A stretch of DNA of 64,000 bases from Vitrella brassicaformis CCMP3155 (lineage: Eukaryota > Protista > Chromerida). The stretch spans positions 62,001-126,000 of the forward strand of contig CDMY01000376.1 in NCBI GenBank assembly GCA_001179505.1, given 5' to 3'. Shown piece by piece: positions 1 through 12,201 of the stretch (its first letter is position 1; each line of letters opens with the position of its first letter). Below the pieces are notes generated by a model. The model was not told the DNA's origin. It was given only the letters and a program-made list of their open reading frames with translations, and made no database searches. A program made the position numbers and the translations under genes.

Positions 1-831
1 AGCGCGACCTGCAGCGCAGAGAGGTAGGTGCCCCCGCGTATCTAACGACACATATATGCTCAGGCAGTGGGTGAGTGATCTTACTCTTTTTGTCTTCCCA
101 ACGAGCTCTGATGCAGGAAGTGCAGCGTCTCAGGAGGTCAGACAGACGGGACGGTCCGTCTGTGGACACTTGACAGACAGACATTGATGCGCGTGTGTGT
201 GTGTGTGTTTACGTATGTTGTTATGAGTGCAGGGCTTTAGAGGCAGAGAGGCGGGCCAACGCGGGTCTGCAGCGCCAGCTCAACAACTTCCTCGCCTCAC
301 GCTCAGAGTGCGAAATACTTCTCAGAGGCGCACTCGACGACGTCAAGCACGAGGTCCGAGGATGGATACAAGAGACACACGTCTTTGCGGCGTTGGGTGC
401 GCGTGTGTTTATGTGGGTAATGCAGATCCGTCGTCGTCGTGCGGCAGCAGCGCAGGAGGGCGACCGGCGGACCCCCGTGCCGCCGACGGAGGAGGTGCCA
501 GTGCAGGAATTCTCAGTCGCAGACAGAGAACGGGTCAGTCAGGCAGGGATGGAGGGACACAGACTGTTGGGAAGAGAAACTATGTTTGTGTATGTGCGAG
601 TCAGGTCATCGAGTTGCTCTTATCGCAAGAGAGGTCAGCAAGCAGCCTCACACCAAGGGGACACACGACGGAGACACACATGATCACATGATGAACGCAC
701 ACACAGCGATTTGGTGTTCTCGTGTTTTGTGTGTGTCATCACCGTGTGTTCTGTATGGCTGCAGGGTGGTGCAGTGTCTGTACGAGCGCACCTTCCCCGA
801 CGTCCAGCAGACGACGCCGCCGGCAGACTGA
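1..831 (+). CDS. 3' part of a multi-exon coiled-coil protein, possibly BBOF1/CCDC176-like; 5' end outside the window
   Basis: GT-AG exons splice to ...ALEAERRANAGLQRQLNNFLASRSECEILLRGALDDVKHE|IRRRR...DRER|VIELLLSQER|VVQCLYERTFPDVQQTTPPAD*. Family resemblance is from memory only. Confidence 0.5.
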
Positions 832-1406
832 CAGACCTGTCTGTCTACATGTACGTGTGCCCGTCTGGTCTGTCCCCGGGAGGACAATGGATGTCTGCTA
901 ACGTGTGTGTGTGGTGTGTTTTTCCTTTCTGCTCGGTCGGAGTCCGGAGTTGGTGCGTCTCTCGAGAACGGAACGCCTCTTCCGTCTGAGCGTATCAATC
1001 CATTCAATGGACGGCGGCGAGCACACACGAATCACAGGCCTCTTCGATCGACAAACATCCATCCATCCGTCCATCCATGCATCCAGCAGACATGCAGGCG
1101 CTCACTGACTGATAAGTACCCAGACAAATCACCCCACCGACCCCACCCACCATTTGGTCGTTGGTTCGCTTCTAGAGTATCTACATCAACCAATCAATGA
1201 GTCCATGTGTGGATGCACAACCAACCCACAATTGAGGCAACGAATGGGGCCCGGCTAACCAACCAGTCAACACACACGTCACGGACGGCTTCTCACCCTA
1301 GTGCGTATGACAGGCAGACAGACAGGCAGACAGACAGACAGGCAGACAGGCAATGCATCGTGTGTATCCACACCCGCCATCCATCCATGTGGTTGTGCTG
1401 CGCCAG

Positions 1407-3044
1407 TCAAAAATTGGGCACGAGTCCCCTGTCGCTCCCCGCCTTCTTGATGCCCGCCGACGCCTTCCCATCTCCCGCCTTGGCCTTGGCCGGCGGCTCC
1501 TGGTGCACCACACCCACGTTGTGGTGACCGCCTGAACCATCACCTCCCTCACCACCTACACCACCACCACCACCACTCTCCTCTGACGCACCCCCGCCAC
1601 CCTTGCCCAGGTGGATCCCCGCTACGTGTCCAGCAGCTGCCGGCTCCTGCTGCTGCGCCTCGAGCGCACTCAGCCCCTTGCTGACTCGGTGGTGTGGGTG
1701 CGTCAGGTTGGATGGGGACACAACTCCCGCCTCTGCTGCTGCTGCTGCTGCCTGGGAAAGGGGCGTCAATGTCTGGTTGGTCGCCGTCACGGGTGGTGCG
1801 GCAGCTGGACCACCAGAGAGGTCGGTGCCACCCGTACCAGCCCTGGACGCCTCTGCCGCCTTCTGAGATTGGACCAGCTCCCTCAAGAGCGCCTCATGCT
1901 GCAGGATCTTGTGTTCGAGCGACGCGACGGTGTCCTTGAGCCCCTGCAGTTGGATCTGCAGGGGGCGGTCCAGCGGGCCACCCTGCACCACCATGTGCTG
2001 CGGCGCCACAGGTTGTGGCACCGGGCCCGTGGCTGCCGGCTTGCCCTTCCACCTCCACCTCCCGCCCGGCCGTCTCGGGTACTTCAACACACCCAGGTAG
2101 AGAAATGTGAAGACAGCCAACAGCACTATCACCACCAGCCCGCATGGAGGCATCGATCGGCCGTTGCCAGATGAGGAGGAACCTGCTGACGCGTTCTTGC
2201 CGGCGGTGGCGGGTGGGGGGAGGCCGCGGAAGGGGGAGAGGACGGCGCGGGTGGCCCGAGAGGCCAATCGCCACGCCAGAGAGCTCGAGGGCGACCCTTG
2301 GCCTTCTTTGGCACCGGAAGCAGCGGCGGACCGGCCGTTGGAGGCATCCAGATGGTTGTGGGGGGATTTGTCTGGTGGAGGGGGCTTCTTGACATAGCCG
2401 CCAAACAGCTGGTTCAGGTGCCTGCCTAGCACGGTCCGCACGCCGTCAGTCCTCGGCGAGGCCCCAGAACCACTGTCGCTCCTGGACGATGACGACGACG
2501 CCCCTCCCGCCGGCCCGCTGCCCATCGTGCCCTCATCCCTGGCGCCATAGCGATAGCCATTGCCCGACATGACGGCCAGCGCCGCCCTCGTCTCGAGAAA
2601 CCGCGACATCCCTCCGCCACCCATCGGATCCTTCGAGCCGCTCGGGGATAGACGCGACCGTGGCGGCGAGAGTGCTCCGGTGCGTGCCGTCAAGCCCGAT
2701 CCATTGTGTGTGGTGTTGTTGGCCGACACGGCGGTTGGCTCGACAGGCGGGGAGTCGATGCCCGATCTGGTGCTCTGGGAGGACGAGTCGGTGCGGCCGC
2801 CTGGCATCCCTCCGGGCACCACCAAGTGGCCGCTATCAGTGGCTGATCCGCCCTGTGAGGTGCGCCTCTCCCTCTCGATGACCATCTGCGACTGCTTGAT
2901 GATGACGTGCAGCTTGTTGTGCGCCGGCCAGTTCTTGGCGAAGCACTCCTGGGAGCAGAAGAACGATGTCCTGCCGAGTGCGGTGCACTTGGGGCAGCAC
3001 AGCCGCGTGTCGGTCTCCTTGCCGCATCCCTGACAACTCACCAT
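1407..3044 (-). CDS. Single-exon protein: N-terminal MetAP1-type C6H2 zinc finger, low-complexity region, one TM helix, luminal coiled coil
   Basis: Long ORF; first in-frame ATG at 3044. CQGCGKETDTRLCCPKCTALGRTSFFCSQECFAKNWPAHNKLH matches the zf-C6H2 pattern. TM GLVVIVLLAVFTFLYLGVL. Heptads LQIQLQGLKDTVASLEHKILQHEALLREL. Confidence 0.75.
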   Translation of the reverse strand: MVSCQGCGKETDTRLCCPKCTALGRTSFFCSQECFAKNWPAHNKLHVIIKQSQMVIERERRTSQGGSATDSGHLVVPGGMPGGRTDSSSQSTRSGIDSPPVEPTAVSANNTTHNGSGLTARTGALSPPRSRLSPSGSKDPMGGGGMSRFLETRAALAVMSGNGYRYGARDEGTMGSGPAGGASSSSSRSDSGSGASPRTDGVRTVLGRHLNQLFGGYVKKPPPPDKSPHNHLDASNGRSAAASGAKEGQGSPSSSLAWRLASRATRAVLSPFRGLPPPATAGKNASAGSSSSGNGRSMPPCGLVVIVLLAVFTFLYLGVLKYPRRPGGRWRWKGKPAATGPVPQPVAPQHMVVQGGPLDRPLQIQLQGLKDTVASLEHKILQHEALLRELVQSQKAAEASRAGTGGTDLSGGPAAAPPVTATNQTLTPLSQAAAAAAEAGVVSPSNLTHPHHRVSKGLSALEAQQQEPAAAGHVAGIHLGKGGGGASEESGGGGGVGGEGGDGSGGHHNVGVVHQEPPAKAKAGDGKASAGIKKAGSDRGLVPNF

Positions 3045-3230
3045 CTCGCCGCCGAGATCGCCACTACTCGATTCAGCTTGCTGTCCTGCTGTCACCGCTG
3101 CTGCTCATCTTCGCGTGCGATCGGCAATCACTTGCGAGCTTAGGGGTATGAGCTGTGAGACGGAATGCAGCCAGCTGCACAGCACTGTATGCGCATGGTG
3201 TTGAGGTAGCCGTAGATCTGCCTGCCGAAG

Positions 3231-6200
3231 ATGGCCGTCGGGGTGTGGGTGTGTTCGGTGGTGCTGGCCCTCTTTCGGACCATTGGAGGCATCAGACCGC
3301 CCTCACAAAGGAGATGGGACAATGGCAGAGGTGCGTAGAGTAGATAGATCACATCCTCAAACGCATCCATCTCAGCTGTGTCTTACGTGCCTCTGTTCTG
3401 TGTGTCTGTCTGTCTGTGTGTCTGTCTGTGTCACGTCAGGTGTGTCAGTGTCGTTGGATGCGGGCGAAGCATTTGTGCCATCATCGCATACCAGCATTCC
3501 CTCTGCACCATCGCAATGGAGGAGGAGAAGTCACATTCACAGGCGGCCGTCGCATTACCTTTCGTCATCGCGACTCAGGCGAAGGCCACTCATCCCTCCT
3601 GCTGCTGCACCGGTAACCATGTCAGCCAGACGGCCACACGGCGATGTGAATACACATCCACTTTTGTCTTTCTGTGCGCGTGTGTGTGGTTGCGTCATCG
3701 ATCAGTCGTCCGATTTATTGGTCAAGGAGCGCGAGACGGTCAGCACTGTCGAGGAGCAGCCCTCCCCCTCTTCCTCCCCCTCTCCCTCCCCCTCCCCCCC
3801 TGACGAGGGCCACACACACGCCGATGCCAACCATTTCCACAGGCAGCATCAGGCAACCGCCACCAAGGACCGACCCCTGGTGGAGCTGCCGTCCCTCTCC
3901 GACATCCCAGAGCCGTCTCTCAACAACTATGACGCATACATCGGCGAGAGGGCACCATCAGCAGCAGTGGCCCCGCGGGAGCCGCCGGCGCGTGTGGAGG
4001 AGTTTGCGCATGATGGAGAGATCAGCCCGTCATCGGGGGATCGGATCGTTGTCACGCGGCGAGCTGACGAGGAACCGGCGCAAGAACTCGCTCAGGCTGA
4101 AGAAGCTGCAGCAAGACCTTCCCCACCCATCAACGAGACTGCCTCCTTCCCACCCTCCCCGTCCCCCTCCCTCTCCCCATCACCATCTCTCATCCAACAG
4201 CCGGCAGCAGAGGCCCCCGCCGCCCCCCCAGTAGCCGTCCAGCCTCCAGCAGCCGAGGCACTGCCAACCAAGACAGGCCGCTACATCGCCCCCACCCCTC
4301 TAGGCACCACACTTGAAGCAGTGGAGGTGCCACAGCCGGTCAAGCGGCCGTCGGAGACGCGGCGGCGCGTTCGTGCGTGGCGGCGGGCTCTGTGGCGGTT
4401 GTTTGGCGTGAAGATGAGGGACGGTGTGCGTGAGGTCCACTCGCTGCTGGACTTGCCGTCCAAGAAGGCGAGCAGGATGGAGACGAGCTGGGAGAGGAAG
4501 GGCACCGGGACGTCGTTCTTTGCGACCCTGGCGAGGACGGCGGAGATCTGGGGGTTCCTCGTCAAGTGTGCTGTGCGGGAGCTCAAGATACGGCAGATTC
4601 GCGACAAACAGCTTGCAAGCGCCACACGTACGACAAAGACGGAGAGCTGAGGGGAAGGGAGAGGAGAGATGCTCGTTGCTGTGTGTGTATGTTGGCTGCA
4701 GGCACCGAGTTTGGTCGCGAGTTGACGGAGGGTCTGCTGAGGCTGGGCCCCACATTTATCAAGCTGGGGCAGCTGCTCTCCACCAGGACAGACGTCGTGC
4801 CTAGAGAATACATCAGAGGCAAAGACAATCTGAAAGAGACCACCACCACACACACACACGCACACATATAAACCTTTCCTCTCCTGCCTGGGTATGTGTC
4901 GTGTGTGTGTCATTCATCAGAGCTGCAGCAGCTGCAGGACGACGTCCCGGGGTTCGGCGGCAAGAAAGCCATCGAGATCGTGGAGAAAGAGCTCGGCCGG
5001 CCCGTTGCTGACCTCTTCGAGTCGTTCAACGCCACGCCAGTCGCGGCAGCTTCGCTCGCCCAAGTCCATAGAGCCACCTACCAGGTAAGACGCCTCCCCC
5101 CCTCAGCCCCCCCCCNNNNNNNNNNNNNNNNNNNNNNNNNNNNNNNNNNNNNNNNNNNNNNNNNNNNNNNNNNNNNNNNNNNNNNNNNNNNNNNNNNNNN
5201 NNNNNNNNNNNNNNNNNNNNNNNNNNNNNNNNNNNNNNNNNNNNNNNNNNNNNNNNNNNNNNNNNNNNNNNNNNNNNNNNNNNNNNNNNNNNNNNNNNNN
5301 NNNNNNNNNNNNNNNNNNNNNNNNNNNNNNNNNNNNNNNNNNNNNNNNNNNNNNNNNNNNNNNNNNNNNNNNNNNNNNNNNNNNNNNNNNNNNNNNNNNN
5401 NNNNNNNNNNNNNNNCCCCCCCCCCCCCCCTCTCACCCTGTGTGTGATGCTGATACGACATAGGGTCGTGATGTGGCGGTGAAGGTGCAGCGGTCTGGCC
5501 TGAGGCGTCTGTTTGACGTCGACCTGCGTAACCTGAAGCTGGCGGTTAAGATGCTCGACTGGGGCATCCTGGATAAGCTCGACCCGCAGCAGCCGGAGAC
5601 CACGGGCGTCATCCGCGACTGGACGGCCATATACGAGGAGAGCAAGAGGCTCCTCTATGAGGTAGGTATGGAGAGAGATGGCGGGAGGTCAGGGAGGCAT
5701 AAGAAGGCTGTGTGTTGTGTGTGTGTGTTCAGGAGATTGATTTCATGAACGAGGGTCAGCAGGCTGAGCGCTTCGCAGACCAATTCAGAAAGACACCGTG
5801 GATTCGGGTGGGTCAGGCCTGACAGCCCCCGTCCACCCACACGTGCCTGCCTGCCTGTGTGGATGTCGATCAGTCGCCGGCTGTGTTTTGGAACGTGACG
5901 ACGCCTCGCGTCTTGACGATGGAGTACATCGCGGGCTCAAAAATATCCAACGTCGAGCGACTCGAGGAATGGGGACTCGACAGGTCAGCCGCACCTCACA
6001 CACTCATGATGCCATCTCTATGTGTGTGTGTGTGTGTGTCAACAGGAAGTTGATAGCGAAGCGCAGCGCCCAGTCGTTTCTGATGCAGCTGCTGAGGTAT
6101 GGCTTCTTCCACTGCGACCCGCATCCCGGTACGGTACGCCGTGACGCGATCACGTACACCATTAATGAATGGTGCACATGAAGGCCACACACATTACATT

Positions 6201-7168
6201 TGCACACGCACACCGTCTGTTTCGCGCTTCCCCGTGTGTGTGTAGGCAACTTGGCTGTGGATGAGCAGGGCAATTTGGTGTACTATGACTTCGGCATGAT
6301 GGACGAACTCTCAAAAGACATCAAAGTAACACACGCCCTCCCCAAGCCCCCCCCCCCCCCCCCCCCNNNNNNNNNNNNNNNNNNNNNNNNNNNNNNNNNN
6401 NNNNNNNNNNNNNNNNNNNNNNNNNNNNNNNNNNNNNNNNNNNNNNNNNNNNNNNNNNNNNNNNNNNNNNNNNNNNNNNNNNNNNNNNNNNNNNNNNNNN
6501 NNNNNNNNNNNNNNNNNNNNNNNNNNNNNNNNNNNNNNNNNNNNNNNNNNNNNNNNNNNNNNNNNNNNNNNNNNNNNNNNNNNNNNNNNNNNNNNNNNNN
6601 NNNNNNNNNNNNNNNNNNNNNNNNNNNNNNNNNNNNNNNNNNNNNNNNNNNNNNNNNNNNNNNNNNCCTCTCTCTCTCTCTCTCTGTCTCTGTGTGTGTG
6701 TGTGTGTGGGGGGGGGGGGCGTATGTGTGTTTAGGACGGTTTGGTGGACGTCTTGTTCAGCGTGTTTGAGAACGACCCCAAGAAGCTCTGCGACTCGCTC
6801 GAGGCCATCGGCGTCCTCAAGCCGGGCGTCGATAGGGTGTCCATCGAGAAAATCGCGCGCTTCTTCCTGCAGGGGTACTCGGACCAGCAGGTGGGCAAGG
6901 CCAAGGCGCTCCGAAAGATGACCCGAGAGGTGAGCTGAGACGGCCGGCCGGCGACAGACAAGGGAAGGGAGTGGACACGGCAGACCTGCAGAGGGGAGGG
7001 GCGGATGTGAGTGATGTGTGGATCTGTCTGTGCGTTTAGGAGCGTGTGAGGCAGCAGATAGAGTATCGCAAGAAGCTGGGGGCCGACCTGATATCCGTCG
7101 GGGGCGACGTCCCATTCAGATTCCCGTCGACTTTCACTTTCGTCTTCAGGTACACACGAGGGGGACAA

Positions 7169-7204
<36 letters not shown>

Positions 7205-7808
7205 GGAGAGGGGCATATGAGCATGCCCACAACAGGTGCACACAGCGCAAAACGCTTCCTTTTCTTCAGGGCGTTTGTGACGTTGGAGGGCATTGGAAAG
7301 GACCTCGATGAGGACTATGACCTCGTCAAAATCTCACAGGTCTTTTACACACACGACTATGCACGCCTGCAGGCACAAAGAAGAGGACACACACACACAC
7401 ACCGTTAAGGCATATATATATATATGTGTGTGTGTGTGTGTATGCCCCCACACATGCAGCCGTACATCGACGAGCTAATCACGTCCCGTGACGGATCCAA
7501 GTTCATCAGCGTCCTCAAATCCATACAAAAGAAATTCAGACTCAGGTAAGTAAAGTACACACCCTTGCTTACCCGTCAGCCCCCCCTCTCCCCCCCTCTC
7601 CTCCCACACCACACCCGACTGATGGATGCCCCTGTGCAGGCCGGAAGACCTGGCCACGGTTGCGCAGACGCCCCGCAAGGTCAACTACATCGAGAACACA
7701 CTCAGGCGCATGGAGGAGGGCGACCTTAAGGTGCGGGTGAGGGTGCTCGAGGCAGAGCGGTCCTTCAAAAAGACCGAAATCGTCCTCGGCAGCCTCAGCA
7801 AGGGACTG
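3231..7808 (+). CDS. ABC1/UbiB atypical kinase (ABC1K7/ABC1K8-like) with a bipartite plastid leader; C-terminus lost in the 7844-8143 gap
   Basis: Signal [20 protein letters not shown], phase-1 intron at 3331, then EAFVP. Motifs [85 protein letters not shown]. Confidence 0.92.
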
Positions 7809-8841
7809 GTACAGCCCCCCCCCCCCCCCCCCCCCCCCCCCCCNNNNNNNNNNNNNNNNNNNNNNNNNNNNNNNNNNNNNNNNNNNNNNNNNNNNNNNNN
7901 NNNNNNNNNNNNNNNNNNNNNNNNNNNNNNNNNNNNNNNNNNNNNNNNNNNNNNNNNNNNNNNNNNNNNNNNNNNNNNNNNNNNNNNNNNNNNNNNNNNN
8001 NNNNNNNNNNNNNNNNNNNNNNNNNNNNNNNNNNNNNNNNNNNNNNNNNNNNNNNNNNNNNNNNNNNNNNNNNNNNNNNNNNNNNNNNNNNNNNNNNNNN
8101 NNNNNNNNNNNNNNNNNNNNNNNNNNNNNNNNNNNNNNNNNNNGGGAGAGGTGGGTGGGGGTGTGTCTGCCAAACGCAGTCAGTCGGTGTGTATAGAGGC
8201 CTTTTGATGGGCAGCCAGCCAGGGAGGGAGGGAGGGAGGAGAGGACGAGCTAAGGAGAGAAAGAGATTTTTCGCCTCTTCCTTGTAAGTGAGTGATCTCT
8301 CAATGTCTATCGCTGAGTGCGGTGCGGTGTGGTGCGTGGCGTCCATGACGTGGTGGGTGGCGGGCGGGCTGGTTGGCGGAGAGCCGCCGTGCAGACGGGA
8401 CGGGACGGGACGGGCGTCTGTCTTGACATTTTTGCGCTCTCTCTCTCTCTCTCTCGGCTGTGTGATCGAGTGTATGTGTATTTGTGATGACTGTCTGTTG
8501 TGTGTGCAGTGAGAGGACTGTCGATGATCGACTGACTGATTGACTGATGGCAGTGAAGTAAGTCCATGCAGCTTCCCTTCGTATGTAGGCTAGGCTACCG
8601 AACGACAGAAAGACAGACAGACAGACACATTTGTGTACGTGTATACCGAATGAATGCATGATCGATGGATGCAGCTCGCTCTCCTTCTCGCTCACATCGC
8701 TCGCACACCAACACACACCAAGAGAGAGGGGGAAAATGCCACCACACACAACACACACGCGCTCACACCATGCCACCACTGCACGCGCACACGGAGTCTC
8801 CCCCCCCCATCCATCCATCCATCCATCAGCTTGCTACTTCG

Positions 8842-10922
8842 CTATACCAGACTCGCGAGTGGGGGCGACGTGGCGCCGCCCTCACTCTGCTGGCCCCCTG
8901 CTGGTCTCGTGGCCACGACTACGGCCGCATCCGACTCACCATCGCCCCTGCCCCCGGCCTCTTGTGTGTTGGTGTGTTGTTCGGGGGCCGGTGAGAACTC
9001 GCGCAGATAGCTGCGGGCACCCGCTAGCAGAGTGGACCACCTGCACACACGCAGCCAGCCGAGCAGTGCAGAGCAGACGCACCCACACCCACACACATGC
9101 ACTGCACTATACTCCTTCCTCACCTGTGTGTGGAGTGGTCAATCTGTGCGATAGACTGGGGCGTCAGGAGAGAGTTGGCGAGGCTGGTGGGGGCCCACTG
9201 TGGGTACGCTGTGGCGATGGGGATGTTGACTGGTATGTGGTGTGGAAGCTGCACACCCCCCCCACCACCCCCGGCTGCCCCCTGCTGCTGTGTGGCTCTG
9301 ACGTCGTTGAGAATCTCGGTTGCCTCGTCCAGCGCGTGGGAGAGGACGTACACCTGATTCAACGCATATGCCAGGTGGTACTGCAACGACTGATAGGACT
9401 GACAGACAGACAGACAGACAGATACACACACCACACCCATAGAGAGAGGGAGGGAGAGAGAGAGAGAGACCTGACATCGATCATGTGCCCGTCTGTCTCT
9501 ATGGCATGAAGCCCCGTGCGCCGCGTTCGGTCCATCTCACCTCTACTGTCTGTGTCTGGTGCTGTTTGTCCGCCAATGGTAGTGGCGGGAGCTTGTTGGG
9601 GGCAATAATCTCGGCTACCCCATCGGCAGCTAGCTCATCGCCCGTCTGGCTACTCCCATCCCGCACACGCGGCTCCACACCCCCCTCTCCCTCCCCCTCC
9701 CCCTCGCCCCCATCCGTCATGCTCATCATCCGCAGCTCAGGACTCTCCGGCACGCTCTCCAGCCTCGTTGACGCAACCACCCCCACCACCCTTTTGGCCT
9801 TCACACGACCACCATTACCACCAATGGCCCCCCTGATCTTTCCCTTCCCCAATGGTGTGTGCGGCGGTGACGATGGGAACTCTGGAGGGAGCGGCAGGGG
9901 CGGCACCGTCAGGTGTGGCGCGTGGATGGGTTTGGGGCTCGGCGGCTCCGGCAGCCCGCAGACTAGGTCGCGGTTGTCACGGTGTGAGAGGGGCGGGGCG
10001 TCCTCAATCTCGTTCTCGGAGTCGGATATGTCGAACTCGGAGAGGGACGAGGCTATCGACGACATGCTGGCACAGAGGGGGTGGCTGCGGCGGGGGCGTG
10101 TGGGTGAGGGGTGGTACTGCTGCTGCTGCTGGTGGAGCTGCTGGAGCTGCTGGCCTGGCACAGAACCTCCGACGGTGCGGCGCAGCACGGCTAACATGCG
10201 ATGGGTCTCCTCCAGCTGCCAGACACAGACAGACAGACAGACAGAGGTGCATCAGGACGGTTCGTGTGCCCCACCCTTCGCCCGCCCGCTCACCTTCTTC
10301 TTGATGCTCTTAGCGTCCGACATGGTCTCCGCCCCGACCAAACTAGTGTTCTTCAACCCTGCACATACACACACACACACACACACACGTGTGAATCCAT
10401 CCATCCATCCCCTCGTTTATGGGCTGGCTGACCAACCGACCGACCGGCGAGGCCCCACAGTGGCGATGCATTAGATGTTGACGGTGTGAGGCGGAATGTG
10501 GACGACAAACCCGACAACAACGACTGCCCGCCCGGCGAGGCGCTCAAACCTTCCTCCCTCTTCAGGCTCTCCCCCTCCCTCTCCCTCTCTCTCCCACCCA
10601 CGTGGCGCCCCGCCACCCACTTGCGCTTGACGGGCGACGGGGTGCGGGGCTCCTCTGCTACCATGCTGCACCCATCCCCATCTATATGATGCTCGTCAGC
10701 CGCAGCAGATGCCGCCGCTGCCGCCGCTGCCGCCGCCGACGCAGCACCATTATCATGATTGGCCGCTAGGTCCAGCACCACCTCGCCGTTCACATCACCA
10801 CCATTGCTGTCGCCCGTCGGCTCCACACATGGCTTGACGGGTGGCAGCGATGGATGGCCAACACCTCTCACTGCAAAGGCCTTGCAGGCCGCTGCTGCTG
10901 CTGCTGCCGAAACACTGTTCAT
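8842..10922 (-). CDS. Multi-exon low-complexity protein of unknown function
   Basis: Phase-consistent exons: MNSVSAAA...PVKRK|REEGL...WGLA|GLKNTS...SIKKK|LEETHRMLAVLRR...QTVE|SYQSLQYHLAYALNQ...|RWSTLLAGARSYLREF...ASLV*. No domain recognised. Confidence 0.6.
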
Positions 10923-11361
10923 CGTCACGGGCCGCCGAAAAGAGGCGACCGATCAAAGGGGAAGCGAGGCGGCAGATCTGGGGTTGATGTGTGCCACATC
11001 TATCTGACGACGGGAGCACACAGAAGAGGTCAGGCTAGGCGTGGTGTGTATGGTGGTATGCAAACAGATCTATATACCCCCCCGTGGAGTCACCCACCTG
11101 TTTGCAAACGCTTTCATTGGCACCCGCTGTGCATCAGAGTAGTGATGCGATCGACTTGCGGGGCGTGGTTTGTGGCTGTACAGCGGCAGTCAGGCAACCA
11201 TGGGAAAGGAGGACCGCCGCGATATTTACAAATTCCGGTACACGGGGACCCGAAATCACGAGATGCATGGGCCTCAAACTACTCGTCACCGTGACGCCGA
11301 ATGCGATCCGACGGCATAGACTTGTCACAGGGCGTAGAGAGGGGGATCTGATGGCTGCTTG

Positions 11362-12169
11362 ATGCAGGTAGACGAGTGTGGTGTGACTAGTTGTCCCGAT
11401 CGGAAGCGGCCCTACCACCAGATGGACCACAATGGCGGTGACCTCAGCCACAACCAGCAGGGAGGAGGAGGAGGACCCTTCGCCAAGCGCCACTCCGCCA
11501 ACACACACAGCCACAATGGCACCAACACCAACAGCAGCAACAGCAACGCCTTCTTCCAGCGCGGTCCACCATCCAGATGCCTCCTGCCTCCGGACTCTGT
11601 CGGTAAGCACACGCGCCTCTCTCTCTCTCCTTCTCTCTCTTTCTGTGTGAGAGAGAGAGATCCACTGACACGGCTGTTGTGTGTTGCTTGGATGGTTTGT
11701 GTGTGACCAGGCTACATAGTGGGCAAGTCGGGTCAGCACATTCGTCAGATCACGGACGATTCGGGCGCGTCCATCGATGTGTCGCGGGACGCCGAGGCGC
11801 CGCCCGACCTCTCAGACAAAATCGTCACCATCAACGGGTCGGTGGGCGGGGGCGCACACACACACACTCACACGAGTGCTTGTGGATGGATGGATGGATG
11901 TGTGTGTGTGTGTGTGTGTGTGTGTGGTTTTCTGCAGGACGCCTCACGCGAAGGAGTCTGCTGTTGGTGCGTTGCTGCGTCGGCTGCGTCAGATCAACAA
12001 GCAGACGATGCAGGAGAGGGGCGTGTTCGTCATCATCATACCCGACAAAAGCGCCCCCGCCATCATCGGCCAGAGGGGGAACACCATCAACGAGCTATGG
12101 TACGTCTTATGCGCCCAGAGAAAGGGAGATGCGCCCACATCCATCCATCCAACCATCTGTGTGTGTTGA

Positions 12170-12201
<32 letters not shown>

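Noticed and set aside
9485-10474. Long antisense or alternative-frame ORFs (9485-10474 +, 43099-43815 +, 45041-46084 +, 32766-33413 +, 4281-4913 -)
   Set aside because: They lie opposite well-supported GC-rich exons, have no domains and run through microsatellite introns; these are shadow ORFs.
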